This document shows, in pieces, positions 63,542 through 64,000 of a stretch of 64,000 bases of DNA. The notes beneath the pieces were generated by a model. It was not told the origin of the DNA and made no database searches. It saw only the letters and a list, made by a program, of their open reading frames with translations. Position 1 is the stretch's first letter, and the number at the start of each line of letters is the position of its first letter. This DNA is from Mesotaenium endlicherianum (Eukaryota), in contig WELA01003517.1 of NCBI GenBank assembly GCA_009602735.1, forward strand, positions 513,950-577,949, written 5' to 3'. The translations under genes were made by a program, and so were the position numbers.

Positions 63542-64000
63542 ATGGACAGCCCGGGCCTAGCGAGTCAAGGCTATGCTGATGGCGAGAGCAGGACTGCCAG
63601 CCATGCTGCTGTTGTCCACAAGCTGTACAACGAGGGTAGTGGAAGCTTCCTGCAGAGGTGGAGGCAGACTAGCACTCGGCCCCCTGGTAGCAAGCCTAAG
63701 CTGTCTCTGAGGTCCACTATAAGCAGTGGCCTCGAGTGTGGCGAGATTGGGGAAAGGAACAAGGTGCCAGCTGGGAGCGAGGGGAGGCAAGGGGGGCTCG
63801 AGGAGGCCACGAAGCTATTGGGTGGAGGGGAAAACATAAATATTCAGGCGAGGACCAAGGTCATGGTGCAGCAGAGCAACCTGGGTGTGAAGTCAAAGCA
63901 GGATAGCACTGGTGGGCAGCCTGCTGGGCTGCGGAGAGGCTTGCAGACTGGCCTCTGTGCTGCCACCAAGGGGGGTGTAGTGGGGGGGGGACAGCGGCGT
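63542..64000 (+). CDS. Possible exon/ORF running off the window end (Gly/Ser-rich, unidentified)
   Basis: The frame from ATG 63542 (MDSPGLASQGYADGESRT...) has no stop up to base 64000. No recognisable domain. Confidence 0.3.
   Translation, partial: MDSPGLASQGYADGESRTASHAAVVHKLYNEGSGSFLQRWRQTSTRPPGSKPKLSLRSTISSGLECGEIGERNKVPAGSEGRQGGLEEATKLLGGGENINIQARTKVMVQQSNLGVKSKQDSTGGQPAGLRRGLQTGLCAATKGGVVGGGQRR

Overview
This is eukaryotic, intron-rich, plant-lineage DNA. The gene set and the transposon types suggest a streptophyte alga or early land plant; that is an inference, not an identification. Bases 1-20 kb form a nested transposon cluster. (i) A decayed minus-strand Ty3/Gypsy-type polyprotein (1107-8931) reads Gag with two CCHC knuckles, an Ala/Pro linker, an aspartic protease, a second linker, a C5 cytosine DNA methyltransferase, then the pre-RT region, where a second LTR element cuts it off. 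(ii) A chromodomain Ty3/Gypsy family has about 715-bp LTRs. One copy has both LTRs and a GCTAA TSD (11620-17473), and there are partial copies at 1-1106 and 41969-42780. This family carries an extra, unrecognised 560-codon ORF after pol. (iii) Three Tourist/PIF-like MITE ends and elements are nested at 18.4-19.9 kb. The rest of the window holds host genes: an ARM-repeat protein, a BAHD acyltransferase, SCO1/HCC1, a conserved uncharacterised plant protein, a theta-class GST and a SAFE1-like Rubisco-methyltransferase-family SET protein. It also has a repeat-rich stretch (32-43 kb), a Mutator-like foldback element with a 9-bp TSD, and two assembly gaps. All calls are by eye; no database searches were run.
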